A DNA stretch of 64,000 nt. Source: Fimicolochytrium jonesii. Lineage: Eukaryota. The stretch covers positions 682,001 through 746,000 of the forward strand of contig NW_026515677.1 of assembly GCF_025526975.1 (NCBI RefSeq), written 5' to 3'. The translations under genes and the position numbers were made by a program. Of the stretch, positions 38,761-52,359 are shown piece by piece. Numbering within the stretch: position 1 is the first letter of the stretch; each line of letters starts with the position of its first letter. A model generated the notes under the pieces. It was not told where the DNA came from, made no database searches, and saw only the letters and a program-made list of their open reading frames with translations.

Positions 38761-39217
38761 AGGAATAATAACTGAAGTGAAGACTCTTTGTATCTTAGAT
38801 ATCAGGGCTTTGCTGCCCCATCTTTGTAGCATATCATTCATGTAGATAGTAGAAACATCGCAGTGGCATTCTGTATATATTGGCAAACCGTGGTATAAAT
38901 ACCGCAACGTCTTCTAAACCGTCGGAGGTTGCAATGACGTTTGGGAGGCTGTGAAAACGCAGGTCACCCCGGAAGGCGTGTGCTTTGTACTTGGGGTGGG
39001 GACGGTGACAACCGGAAGCGAGCGCGTTCAGGCATCCGCACTCTTTTTTTTTTTTCCCCATCTTGATGAGACCTGTGTGATACACCGGATATTGGAGCTC
39101 AATGTGCCCAAATTGTCCCGGACAAATGACCATCAGCAGGAAGCAAAACGAGAGACTCATATTCAACTGGGGATCGGTCCAGATGTATGTATCTAAAGTC
39201 TATATATTTCGTTCGTT

Positions 39218-40186
39218 CTACTTCTTCCCTCTCGCCTTCTGGATGGGGTTTTGTTTCGTTTCTTCTAGTTTGATCTTGAGCTCGAGCTGCTTCGTTTCCT
39301 CTAGCTTGATCTTTGAATCGAGCTCCTTTAACTTTAGGGCGAGGTCCGCAGAAGATCGTCGTGAGGAGGAGGGCGAGTTAGGGGAGGGTGCTGCGGACGA
39401 CTTTTCGGACGTGACATTCACCGGTGTGGCCTGGCCGAGGACTTGGCCGCCCCCGCCACACCGGTGAATGTCAGGGCAGCGTCGAGCCCCTTCTCATACG
39501 TAGCATTGCGTGCTAAAGTTGTGAGTGTCCCTGTGGCAGTCGCAGCGACCGTGCGAGCCCCTGACAACAAAGACTGGGGATCGGTTACAGCCATATCGTC
39601 AACCAATATGGCCCCGCTGTGGTTGACGATATGGCTGTAACCGATCCCCGGAGTACGGAGAGACCGCATGGATGTGGGTGTCGGGAGAATGACGCATGCG
39701 TATGGCAATCGAGTCGGAAGGCCGGCATTCTTCATCCACTCGATGGCTTCGTCGTCCAATAGTATGCGGCATTGGTCCCGTGTTGATTCGAGAACCTTCA
39801 CGATAGCTAAGAGCGCCGTGTTGACCGCAGGGTCTATTGGTTTCCATTGGATAATAATGTAGGTTTTATCGCTATCGCGCATTAATGCATGCACTACTTT
39901 GACAGCGATTCGCGCGGCGTGGAGTTTCGCTTTGAGGCCCGAGGGTGATGTTGTCCAGCGCTACGATTCGGAGGCCCGCGTCGGGAGGTGGAGGGTAGGC
40001 CGAGGCTAGGAATTGGAGGGGTTGGAGAAGTTCGCTTGATTCCGTGATGATCCGACCCGAGCTGCGCAAGAAGTCTACGACATTCATCTGCGGCTCGTAC
40101 TCGGGGGGACGGTCCATATCCGTAATATCGATGGACGTAGGGGGCGTTTGGCTGACGGTTGAAGAAGGGCTGGGAGAGGAAGACAT
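39218..40186 (-). pseudogene. Intronless orphan ORF split by two 1-nt frameshifts (pseudogene or assembly error), with a C-terminal coiled-coil repeat
   Basis: Three overlapping ORFs join into one frame if a G is removed near 39939 and a G is added near 39452. A 36-nt tandem repeat encodes KIKLEETKQ twice. Confidence 0.5.
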
Positions 40187-40541
40187 GATGAAAAGTGGTT
40201 GATGTTGCTGTGGAAGATGTGATGGTGCTGTTGATGAGACGATGTAACGATCGTTCGACTTACATCTTTCATGGCCGGGATTCGGGTACCACGTTCTATA
40301 TTTATGCTTCATTTTGAGATCAATCATGTCCATTCATGCAAGGACGTTTTAGTAAAGGGCGCGATTTCGAATGGCGTTACTGCTGTATAATGGGTTACCG
40401 AATTGGTAAACTTCGCTTCCCGGTACAGCAACCGGTACGAAAAAGGGGCTTCAAGTTGATGAAAGAGCGAGTCCGTTGGAAAGTATCAATTCCCTGCTAT
40501 CAGTATCAAGTCTGTCTAACAGGTGTGTAACCCCTCTGTAC

Positions 40542-41396
40542 TCACTGGTATGGAGTCTCGTAATCGCTGCCTGCGTCGAAGGTCAACTTCGAGCTGCTAC
40601 GCTGAGCGTATGTCCATCCCTTCTCAACCCGCCGCCGGATGCGGTCCACGACCTCTTCTCGAAGGCTCTTCAGCAAGGAGAGGTCTCTAGCACGCGCATA
40701 GTCCACGAGGTCGACCCTCAGCAACGTTTCCGCATGCCCAAGAAAGCCGCGACGGACTCGTTCGTCCAGGGACGACTGACGTGCGCCTTCGAGCTGTTTG
40801 TCGCGCTGATGATGGCGCGGAGGTGGGTGGTGGTGGCTGTAGAATCTGCGATGAGCCACACATTCCTTGCGTTTGCTTATAAGCACCACTTGGCAGTACC
40901 CCCTGTTCCCTTCACCTCATCTGACTTCTGGAAATCGGTCCAGATGCCCAACAGATACTTCATCTGCTCCCGGGTGCCCCACTCCCCATGGGCGAGCTTC
41001 GCCTTAACGAAGCCGTCGCGGGATTGCCGGCCGCTCCGGAGCTCCAGGGATACCCTGTCGAACAGGGCCCACATCCTGTCCCAGGTTCGGGGGGACACCT
41101 TCCCGTATATGTCGCCAACAAGGTCTAGGACCTATCCGCCGCAAATCAGTACATCATGGCCTTCCCTATGAACCACCCCAACGAATGCAGTGCCGTACCG
41201 TATCGATCGCCCCATTGAGTCTCCGATTGGAGATTGCCGACTGGTTGTGAATGCGGCGTGGTCTGCCAATCTGGGAGTCACCCACCTTGACCTTCACCGA
41301 CGAGTTGCTTATATTGCCACTCAGGACGACCGAGCGTCCGCTGGTGTTGTTGACGCGGGCACCACCCTTCGGTCTGCTGTTGATGGTCGACGACAT
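40542..41396 (-). CDS. Hypothetical protein, about 3 exons
   Basis: Three consecutive minus-strand ORF segments are joined by plausible GT-AG introns. No family was recognised. Confidence 0.5.
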
Positions 41397-41925
41397 TTTG
41401 TCGATTGCTTGGGGGTATGTTCAACGGCGACCCACAAGGACTGGCAAACGCAGGGCGCTCGGACGGGCATATACCACCACCGCCAGGCATCGCCGACGCC
41501 AGCCAGGGTGGGTCTGGTGGGTGGGTGTAGAAGCAAGCAACGCGCAGCCGCCAACTGTACAACACGGCCAAACGTGGGAAACTTCTTCTACATCATCCAT
41601 TGGGAAAGGCCCAAGATCGGGCAATCCTAGCTCCACGGAACGACGATGCCATGCAGTCAATGCTGCGATGCTGGAATGCCCGCTGTATAGTAGAGGTTTT
41701 ATTGTAGTTCCCAAATAAATCATTTGTTGATTGTGCTCCCTTTTGCTGCTGCGTAGCAGCAGGCACCAGCCGTAGTTCGTCCATATCGACCACAAACTCC
41801 GCAACCCCGTCAAAAAACTGTCAAAAAGTATCGCAACGCTAGCCCACTTCAAACTTTAAAGCGTACAACGATTCCTCGTAAGTGGAAGCTACGTCTGATA
41901 AAAGTCCTACACCTATTATGAGAAA

Positions 41926-44900
41926 CTATCTACGACTTGACTGCACCCTGGTTCTGATGGCAGAAATGGTCGCCGGATCCACCCCAGGAAAGCTATGGAC
42001 GTTGATGTACACCTGCGTCGCGAAGAGGGAAGAGGTGAGCTGTTGCAGATTGACTTGTTGACGCCGAACGGGATTCAGGGAACGTACCCGGAGAAGATCC
42101 GCCGTCGGCACCGCTTCTACATCCAATGCCTGGGACTCGTCTTCCTCATCATGATCAGGGCGCCGCTCCCACATCCCTTGGAGCACCTGCGGGTATCTGC
42201 CCGCATACATCCGGATAATTTCTATCGCCGCCGCCGTCCTGATGGATGCAGAGTCAATCAGCGCCTCGAAGCCCCCCGGATACAACTCCTGAATCTGCGC
42301 TCAATGATGCAGACGCCGTGACGAACCTTTGTGCCTTCAAAGATGCTACGAGCAAATGATCGATGCGGTCGCAATCCACCAAGTAACTTACGAATCCAGC
42401 GAGATGTTTCGTTGACAGGAGGAGCTCGTATGCGCCTGACTCGTTGATTTGGTCGTAAATTGCGCGAATGACCCAGGTCTGCAATCACGGAAGTCAATGC
42501 GTGGAACTCCCATCGTGGCTTTCAACCATGGAGTGGGTTTATGGCATACCCACCTTCCCAATCCACGTATCCGTCGCGGCATACTCAATTCTCTGCACCG
42601 GAACGATTCCAGACTGCTCCCCTCTGCCTGAAATGCAGTCAAGCGCTTGCATGAGCTCGGAGTGATCCAGGCGTGACACGCATTTCTACAGACGCAGGGT
42701 GTCAGTCAGCCATTCACAAATCATGGGCTTTCAAAGTATCATACCTTGATAGCGCCAAAAAGGTTACTAGTAGGAGGCAGTGCAGCAATCCCCCGCAACG
42801 CATTCAGCAACTCGCTGAACGTAGCAGGCGTTTTCATCGCCAGCTGATCAAAGTGGTTCACGAACGCATCGAGATTGATTTCGGGCAGGAAAGGGCACTT
42901 CTGGAGGAGGGTCAGGACTCGGTCGTACATCGCTGGTGTTGACTCTGCACAGTACACAAACGGCAATGAGGATACTAGCCAACCGCTCCGTGGTGTGAGA
43001 AGTAGATCAATATCGTACCTTTGTCCTCCGTCAACAACCTCAAACATCCCAGCAAAACGCCATTCCAAATCTTTGGTAACGACCTCATCTGGCCCAACTT
43101 CGGTACAGACGTCAAATGCTCCAACATGCCAAGCAAGTAGCGATACTGTGGGGCAGAAGCAGATTATCATCAGGATTGAATTCTGTTTCTTTCCTGCAAC
43201 AAAGGCAGTCACATAGACCGCTTACCAGTTTCTTATCCAATAGCCGATGCAGCGCGCTCTCCCACAAAGTAAGGTCGTACACATGGTAATCCAAGCATAT
43301 ATTGCAAATGAGTTGCACAATCTGAACCCGAAAAACACCTTTCACCGTAAGAATTGGCCCCCAGTGTATTGTTCACAAGCACTTCCACAAAGCATACCTT
43401 CAGCTCGTCCTTTTGATTAACCCACAACGACCGGACAAACGCCTCCTTATCGCACTTCTCAAATTCTCGCAAGGATTGTGCGATGCGAAGTTCTTCAAAA
43501 TCGGCGAGGTAGAGGAGCATTTGCATGTACTTCCTGAAGATGACGGAGGTCGTTGGTGAGAGTGGGAATGACTAAGATCGAGCGAGAAGCAACACCTGTA
43601 AAGGGTGACTTACTTGATGTCCTCATAACCGTCTTTTGCAAGTTCTTTTGGACTGGCGAGTTGGAACAGAACGCTTAGCGCCCTGACCCGGTTCAAAGTG
43701 AGAATCTTGGACGTGGGCTGGCAGCAACAGAGCGAGAAGAGAAAACCACCATGAGATTGCTCATTGCCTATCCAGAAACTGCTTCCATATTCTGCGCAAC
43801 ACCGACATTGATAAACGCATACCTGACTAACAAAATTGAGCAGGTACTGCGTTCCTGATTGTACAGAAAGCGACCTCAGCAGGTACAGCAAACGCATCTG
43901 AAGCGCGATCTCCTCTCTCGAATTGAGGATGTTGTTGATCTGCACCCGCATGGAGGGAAGGTACATTTCCCGTTCTTCGTCGCTGATGGGGACTTCGGCT
44001 GATAGCCATTTCTAAGAAAGATGCGTTTGAGTATTCAGCGCTAATCTACGGATGTATCTTCCATAGGCCAAGATTAATCCAAATACCCCGATCAGCCACG
44101 TCCTGAACTCGTTAGGATTGAGCCCGGTGCGCTTGGCAATGTCGTTGACGACTCCATGCAGGTCAAGGTCATCTGCATAGTGGAGGAGCGGTGTGTCAGC
44201 GTGGTTCTTCAAACCAACCACCCATCACACGCTCCCATATCAGAAGACACTCACTCTTAGGATCCAACGCAGCTTCGCTCTTATTCCAGTACAACGTATG
44301 CATGAGATTTGTCATGGAGTCCTGCACAGATATGTACTGCTGCATATCCGCCATCCCTAGCGTGCGCAGCTGATGCTCTGTTTCGGTGACGATCAGGACT
44401 TGGCGGATCTGTGCGGAGCGTTTATCCTCAGATTTGGCAACGCCTTCTGGTATTTTGTCCGCGGATTGCTGAAAGAAAGCCAGTGGTCAAGCGGCAGGCG
44501 AAAATCAACTGCTGAGTACATTATACCTGCTCCTTGGCCTCCATCCTCTCCGTCCGCATCAGCGCCATCCGATACGAGCTAATCCGATCATGCCCACAGG
44601 GAAACCGCCTCGCCACCTCGAGAAGTGTCTCGACGGCCACAGCATCATCAGCAATATGCGTGAGCAGCCGCTTCACATCCGCGAACCGCAATTGCGGGCT
44701 GTTCGCTGTCCACGTTGCATCCGCCTCCGGTGAGCTCCGCCCGCTCGACAATTTACCACTCGTCCCGACCGTCGACGGCGGCCGCGAGTCAAACAGGTTC
44801 TCGATGGCGACCACGTAGAATTTGTCCAGCTCCAGGTCGAGCATCCTTCTTAGCGGCCGCAGACGCGGGATAGACTCCTCCGTCATCTCGGGTCCCAGGA

Positions 44901-47900
44901 CAGACCAAGGGTCGATCGTCAGCGCGTGGTACGGCAGCCGCTGCGAGCTCTTGGGATACTTCTTTCGAAGCACATCATAAGCATCTAGCTCCAACGTTGT
45001 GATAGATCCCGTGATAACGCGGTCAGCTTCGACGAGTTCCTCGAACGCCGGTGGTTTCAGTCTCACGTAGTCGAAGAGCACATTGACGACCTCCTTGCAC
45101 GATTTAGCGAGCTGTGCGTCCGGTTTGACACGCAGGATCTGCGTCGCGATAAATAACAGCCGTTCGTAGTCATACGGCGATACGCGCGGCAAGCATTCCT
45201 TTGTCAAGGTCGCAAGCATCCGATCCTTGTTCACCGCATCGTCCACGATCCCCGCCACCCTCGATTGATAGTCCGAATCCTCATCCGTGGTCAGCAACAG
45301 CCCCTTGACATACTCCATGATAACAAAATCGTCCTCGATATCGTAGCTCCTCGCAAACTCCAAACACGTAAGGATGTCAAATCCGGTGCGGACGAGCAAC
45401 TGGGGCACGACACGCCGCTGGTGGCCTCCGGTCTCAGTACGGTATCTGAAGGTGTCCTTATCGAACGGGATTCCCAATAGCCGTAACTGGTGCCACCATT
45501 TCGCGTTTGCCGCGAGGTCTTCACAGCTGATTCGGAACGTACGTTGCTTCCACGCGGCAGCGACGGCAATACCGATGCCAGCGATCCGGAGCACACGGGC
45601 GTATTCTTGTCCTGTGGTGCTCATCCCGGCCTTGTAGGCTTCAAATGCTTGTTTGAGCGGCATGGATACCAGACATCCCACAGCCAGCCTCTGGTCAATC
45701 TTCCGCGTACTCATCACCGCAGCCAGCAGCCTACCCAGCGTTTCAGTGTGAAATCCAATGACGCTTTTCCACGCCGACGCCTCCCTCGGCCCTCCCGCTC
45801 TCAGAATCGCTTCCTTGGCGCGCTGGAGCACACGCAGAACAGTTTGCAGGCTCTTGTTGTTGACGAGATACTCGGCCAGCAAGCGACCTGAATGGGCGGG
45901 ATGGCCGCGCTCGGCCTCCTTTTTGCCTTTTGCTGACTGCTCATCTTCCCCGACCTGCAGGCCTAGGATAGCGTTCTGGTCTTTGACAGCGGACGCGTCC
46001 AAGACGAATGAGGAGACGAGATCCATCGCTGTTTCGGTGGACAGCACCAAACTCGCCTCGCGAAAATTCTCATCAAAGAACGAAGATGCGAACCTATCGC
46101 CGATGTTCGCGAGTTCCATCTCTGTTCGCGCGGGCACCTCCTGGGGCTTCACCCGTCTTTCGCTGCTATCCCTTGACGCAGACGACGGCGAAGATGCCGA
46201 AGCCGAGGAGCCGCCGATTCCCACCGACCCACCAAACACATTAGATCCCTCCCCAGCCCCGAACAAACCACCCCTAAAGGCCTCAAACTCACTCGCCACA
46301 AGCGCCTCATAATCGCCGGCATCACACTGCGTGAAAACCGTGTGCTGCAGCTCAAAGTTCTTGAAATCGTCCAGCGCATCCTCCACATCCTCTTCCCCGC
46401 ACGTGCAGAACGCCTGTGCGCTAAGCTGCACGATGCGGCTGGTCAGCCGGCAGTGCGTCTTAAACGCTTTGGCGTCGCGATACACCTGTTTGTTGCTCGC
46501 GGCGTACTGCGTCAACAGTCGCGCGACGCGTTGGAGCGTGCGAGCGGTCTCTTCGTTGGGTGATTTGTCGAAGAGCTCTTTGCAGAGTACGAGTGATGAT
46601 TTGAAGTCGCCGTTGCGGGCGGCTTCTTCAGCAAGGATTCCGCGCAGTTTGGAGCGCTCGAAGCCGAGGACGTAGGCGAGGCGGTAGAGTGCTGTCTGCG
46701 AGCTGTCCGATTTGTCGTCCGCGGGCTGCGGCGATTCTTCGCCGTCAAAATTCCACGCTTTCCCCTTCCCCTTACTGGACCGCGCTCGAACGGGCGCCTT
46801 CTCTGGTTCCGCATTCCCGACATACCTATAAACCTTTTTCGCGAAAGTCGCAAGAATCTTCCTCCGCTCCAGCTCATCGCTATACGCCCGCAACGACATC
46901 ATAACGCCAAACTCAGTAAACAAATGCTTCATATGCTGCAGCATCCGCAGCGCGTCGTCGTATCCGCAAATCTCGGGATCCGCAGCTGCCAAAACAAGTG
47001 CATTCCGAGCGCCGTGTGTCCCGACAGCAGTGCTCGACACGGACCCCGAGGTAGCCGACGCGACGTTCTCCGTACTCTGCAAGTTGGCCAGCTCCTCCTG
47101 CATTGAGACAATCAACTCCGCTAAAGCAACAGACGCGTCGATCGCCCATGCGAAATCGCGCTTCGCGTCTTCGCCCGCCTCGTCGGTGGCCTGCTGATGG
47201 GCAGCGGCGTCCTCCAGGACTTTGGAGAAATGCGTCGCGACTTCCTTGGCGACTCCGATTTGTTCGACGATATCCAGCCGCACGTCCAGTTCCAATTCTA
47301 GTCCATCATCACTTGGCCCGCCGGATGCGGTCGAGGGATCTTCGTGCCCTGTTTGGAGAAGCCTGTTGGCTCGCTCGATAAAGCCGTGCTCGTATAGGTT
47401 TCGAAGGCGGATGCGGTAGGCTTGAAGTACACTTATATGGTGGTAGGCGCTCACAACCTACGGCAATCACAAAAAATTCAATGTTCCTCCGAAACTGAAG
47501 ATTACCTCCAAATATTACCTGCATCACATCGTCCATCGCATGCATCACGTCCATCCGCCCAAGAATGCGTGGCAAGAGACCTTTAAGTCGAAAGCATCAG
47601 CTAACCGCGACACTTCCCTTCGAAGAAGCACCTAGGCCAGCCGCCCCTAACCTTTCGCAAGCACCTTATCCGAGATATTGAAAGATCCAATCCCATACGA
47701 CACCAACATCCGCTTCAACTTCAACAACCGGTACTGTTCGCGCAGCTCCTCTCGTCGTCTCATCACGGGGTATTTTAACGTCTGCAGAAAAAACATGTGA
47801 GCGTTTGCGGAAACTGACTGCGAAAGGCCCATCAAGAGAAAACGCACAGCCAAAAACACCTCCCCGACATCACTACCCCATGGTACCGGCGTCCTTTTCA

Positions 47901-50900
47901 TCAACTCCATCACCACATCGGCCTTCACATCCACATCGACCACGTATAGCAACACACACAGCACCCGCGCCTGCCACGAGCTATCCGCCATTGCGCGGGA
48001 CCCCGCAGCAGCCGCGATAGATCCGTCCATAAGGTCGACGCAGTACTCCGCCAGCAACTCGTCGAATGCCAGGTTGTTGCGCTCGACATAGCACCGGAAA
48101 TGTTTTTCGATGGCGCCGCCGAGGAGTTCGGGGGCGGCGACGCGGTCGAGAAGGTCCTTTGCAATGTCACTGGTGGAGAGGCGACTGTAGTCGTTGAGTG
48201 AGATGTAGAGATCGTGTTTGTCCCACAGATAGACCAAGTCGTCGAGTTGCTGTTTCAGCCCGTTCGCCCAAACTTTTCCGCTGCTGCTTTCTGACCCAAA
48301 GGTTGAAAGGCCGCTGGTTTGGGCAAAGAGAATGGCGTTCTCAACGTAGTAAGCCGGTGTGGCGGGTGTGAAAAGTTGGTGGTCGCGAGCTGTGGTGGTG
48401 GGGTCTTTGCTGGCGTCCGTGACTTGGTCACACATACCGGGGAGGGCTACGCTGTCTAGTAGGCGAACAACCTCCAAGGCGCCGTGGGGTCGCTTCTCTC
48501 GTGCCTCGACGACTCGAGCTCTATGCTCGATCCATATCGCCAGCTTATGGCGATCGCCGGTCCGCTGAATGATCGGGAGGACGTCCATCTTCAGCCATGG
48601 CACATAGTCTTCTAGGGATGCGTGCTCGGGGATGTCCGATACAATGTCGTGAATGTGCGGCAGCAATTCCTCGTCTACCGAGATCATGTCAGCTCAACAA
48701 CCACAGCGGAACGTACGCCAAATGTCCTTCTCACCCAAATAGTGCCTCTTCCAAACAGCAACCGCCAACCTCAAATCCCCGCTCCTCAGCATCTCCCTCA
48801 TCTCCATCACAAAGTCCACCGTCCTCATCGCCTGCCACTCCTGCGCATTAAACCCATCCGCATCACGGAGAAGCCGGGGATCCCACCCCGCTCCCGCGCC
48901 ATGTCCAAACGCGCCTCCATATCTGTTCATCCTCTCGAACGAGATCAGTTGATACGTGCCGATCCGCCTGATTGCCCGATGTAGGGCTAGGACTTTGTCG
49001 GTCGATATGTCTGATCCTTTAGTGGTTTCGTTAATGAGAACTCGCGCGAAGGTGAGGATGCTGTAGGTCGACCTGAATGTCGGGAGCGTGATCTGCAGGC
49101 AGTAATCGATCGCGAACTCTTCATCCTATGGGCAAGATGTTTCATGACGTCTTTACATAGCGAAGGGACGAACTGGGCGAGTGACCTACCTCTACGCTCC
49201 GCAGCTCATCCATCAAAGTCTGTGCGAAATGGTCGGCCCCCTTAGACTCAAGCAGGGCATGCAGATCAACATTTCGAGCCATTTGATCTAGTTTGGCCTT
49301 GAGAACGTACTGCAAGAGCATTGCCACGTCAGCGACAAGTCCGCCATACCAGAATCACCATCCAAAGTACCTGCACATCCAACCCGAAGTCCAGCGCAAA
49401 CACTTCCGCTTCCTCAAACCGCCGACTCTGAAGAAGCTGCTCAAACCGATGATAGGGAACCGTCTCTTGCAAGGTGCGTATATAAAACTTTGCGGACCTT
49501 CGCCAGCGTATTCCATCAGCTCCTCTGCCATGCCACTATTTTCGTAGACTTGCACCCACCCATCCTCATTCGACAAAGCCTCCACGAATCGAAACCCAGA
49601 CCCGTCATCCACCGCACTGGCTTCCCGCGAGAACAGCCACGAAGCTTCGGACACACGCAGTTCCTGCATCACGGTGAATGATGGCAATCGGATGATTTGG
49701 ACGACTCGGCCTCCTTTCGCATTTGTGAGAGCTATGATGGTCGAATCGGGCATATCGATGGCGTTGGAATCGTGAAAAACAAAATCGACGAGGTTGGTGT
49801 TGTCGTAGTGGTACAGTTTGAACAGACTGTTTATGTCCATCAGGTTCAGCATCCACTGGAGAGCATTATCCGATAATAACTTACCCATGAGAATCCCAGA
49901 TCGACAGCCTGCCGCTATCATCAAGCATGATCAACCGCCGCCCGGAACGATCCGCCTCGGCTTGAACAACCGTGCGGCCTTTCAACAAGAGTTTGACGGC
50001 GTCCACTTTCATCGTCTTCTGCGTAACTCGGGACCTCTGCCATACCGAGAGGGGCTGTTCGCCTGCAAAAGCAGTCTTTGTGTTCAGAGGGGTGCGAATG
50101 ATGTATTGTTAAGGGCGAAGTGGATACTCACCGCTGCCCACGACGATCAAGCGCTCGGCTCCTTTGTGATCCCACACGGTTACCATGTCGCGTACACTCG
50201 TTAGGCCCGTCCCGTCGTTCAGGTCCACTCGTTCCATGGTTATGGCTTCGTACAGCTTTATCCACGCGCAATCACGTCAGTACAGACTTCCATGCCCAAA
50301 CGAATGGTGGGATGCCACGTACCTCTTTCGCCCTCTCGAGGTCATTCGCGCAAATCGCGGCATCCAGCCCTTTCGTATCAATGTTGGAGAAGCGGAGGAG
50401 TTGCATGTCGCGTAGAACAACGAGAAGCTGATCGGCGCCTTTCCTATCGATGTACCCGGATACACCACTTTAACCTGTAAATTCACAGCTCTCCAACATG
50501 ACACAACGGCTCAATTAACTCTCCTACCCCTTGGCAGCAACAAAGCCGACCCACACAAACGTCGGCGGGCCCTCATCCTCCACCGCTCCCAAAAAGACAT
50601 CCCTAGAGAAAACGACCGAAGACGTGCCGAGATGCACGAAACGAAGGGTGCCGAGTCTGTCCGCAACTACTATGAACGATTCGTCCCGACTGAAGGCCGT
50701 GCGTTCCACTAGACAGTCTGCCCAAGTCTCAATTCAGTCTGCGTTCCGTCTTCTGAGTCCGAAATGACATGCCCCTCAGAGCAAGAGAAACTAACCCAAC
50801 GCAATGGTAGCTCGATGCTCGGAGCAACCAGCGTCAATCAAAAATACAGTATCTGCAACCGACACGCATAACCCGTCCGGCCCGTGGATCGCCGTGCATC

Positions 50901-51250
50901 GCAGCGACTACTCAGGGATGTTTCATCGCCACATGAGTAAATCATGTTCCGGTCTCCCTCCATGTGACACGCATTACATATATCAAACACACCTCCTCCG
51001 CATTGATCCAAGCCAGCGTCTCCACTTTGTGCACCGTCGTCTTCGCCAATCCGGTACCCTTGCCTCTGGAGCTCTGGAAACCCTGCGTAACGTCCTCGCA
51101 TAACCTGTCGTCGTCCACTCCCTCCTTTCCCACGAAATGCACGACGAGTCCACTATCCGCGTGGGAGTCGCTAGTCTGCTTCTGTCCTCTGCGAATAAGG
51201 TCCGTCTGAGCCTCCTCCTCAACGTCCTCGGTGTCGTAATTTGCCAGCAT
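41926..51250 (-). CDS. KNTC1: Kinetochore-associated protein 1 / Rough deal (RZZ complex), many exons
   Basis: Very large protein with an N-terminal beta-propeller-like part (HKVETLAWI), a helical solenoid (KWWHQLRLLGIPF, VSPYDYERL) and a Rod C-terminal-like segment (LICNICLDYHVYDLTLWESALHRL). Confidence 0.85.
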
Positions 51251-52359
51251 TATCGCGGGAGTGCGCGTGGGAAAATGCAGTTAGTATTCCAGTCCCCGAA
51301 GGTTTATAGGAACACCGAACCGCACGCGAGGTGTCAAGGGTCGTCTCAGTAGGAAGGGGTTCCAGGAGTGCTGCCGGACAAGACACCGCCTTGGGAGTAT
51401 GGATTCACGGTAGCTGATTGCTGGTGATTGAAGTAACTGATGTTTTAGCGAGCCGAGGATGACGAAGGATGAAGGAACGCATTCGGACACGAGACTTTCG
51501 GTCATTCGGACATGCATCGGGACGCGTGCGCTCCCACAAACCCCGACGAACTGCACGCAAGTGGCGACGTGTATGGATCGGAGTGATGTGATACATGTAC
51601 AGAAATGGCACTGGGATGTGTCGCTCAGAAAAGTTGCGATGTGCCAATTCGCAACATCGATGTCCACATAGTCGTTTCAGCAGTATTTCGCTGAACTGGT
51701 TCTGGACTCCTCAATGTCTAGCGGACTTCATGGAGTCCTCGGAATAGCCAATATTATAGGTCTTTCAATTTGGTCCATGGCTAGATGTCCGAATGATGCG
51801 ACTCCCTCCACCCACCCGCCACCCGCCGCCGGAACCACGACGTTCCCTGGGACATCAGACCAACGGGTACTTTCTCGAATCGCAGGCACCTCTTGATTCC
51901 ACGCACTGCATCACTCGTGATCTCGCAATTCCATTTGACAGAAATCATATGTCATGGCTGGTAAGCATGTTCCAAGACGCTAGAAAGAGCCATGTGACTA
52001 CAACAGCATCTTTGTACGTAGCGATCCCACGTTAAAAAAAGAATGCGTCCTCCAATGACACATAACACAAGAACTGGTATAGTGTCTCTTCACAGCTGCC
52101 TTCATCCGAGGTCATCTGTCCACTGCCTCGCCCGTTGCCGCCCAGCACCACCAGACGACCTCCCACTGCCTGAAAAGACCTCCGTCCGGCACAGGCATGC
52201 CGTCCTCACTGTTTTCGTGCGTCTCAGCGAAAGGTACGGGTGTGTTTAAGGGATCGCCGACCGAGTTCTCGTGCATGGCCCACACCGAGAGACGAGGATC
52301 CCCATTGTCTTTGCTCCAAAAAAAAAAATTCCAAAGAAAGCCCCCTAACTCCCACCCCA

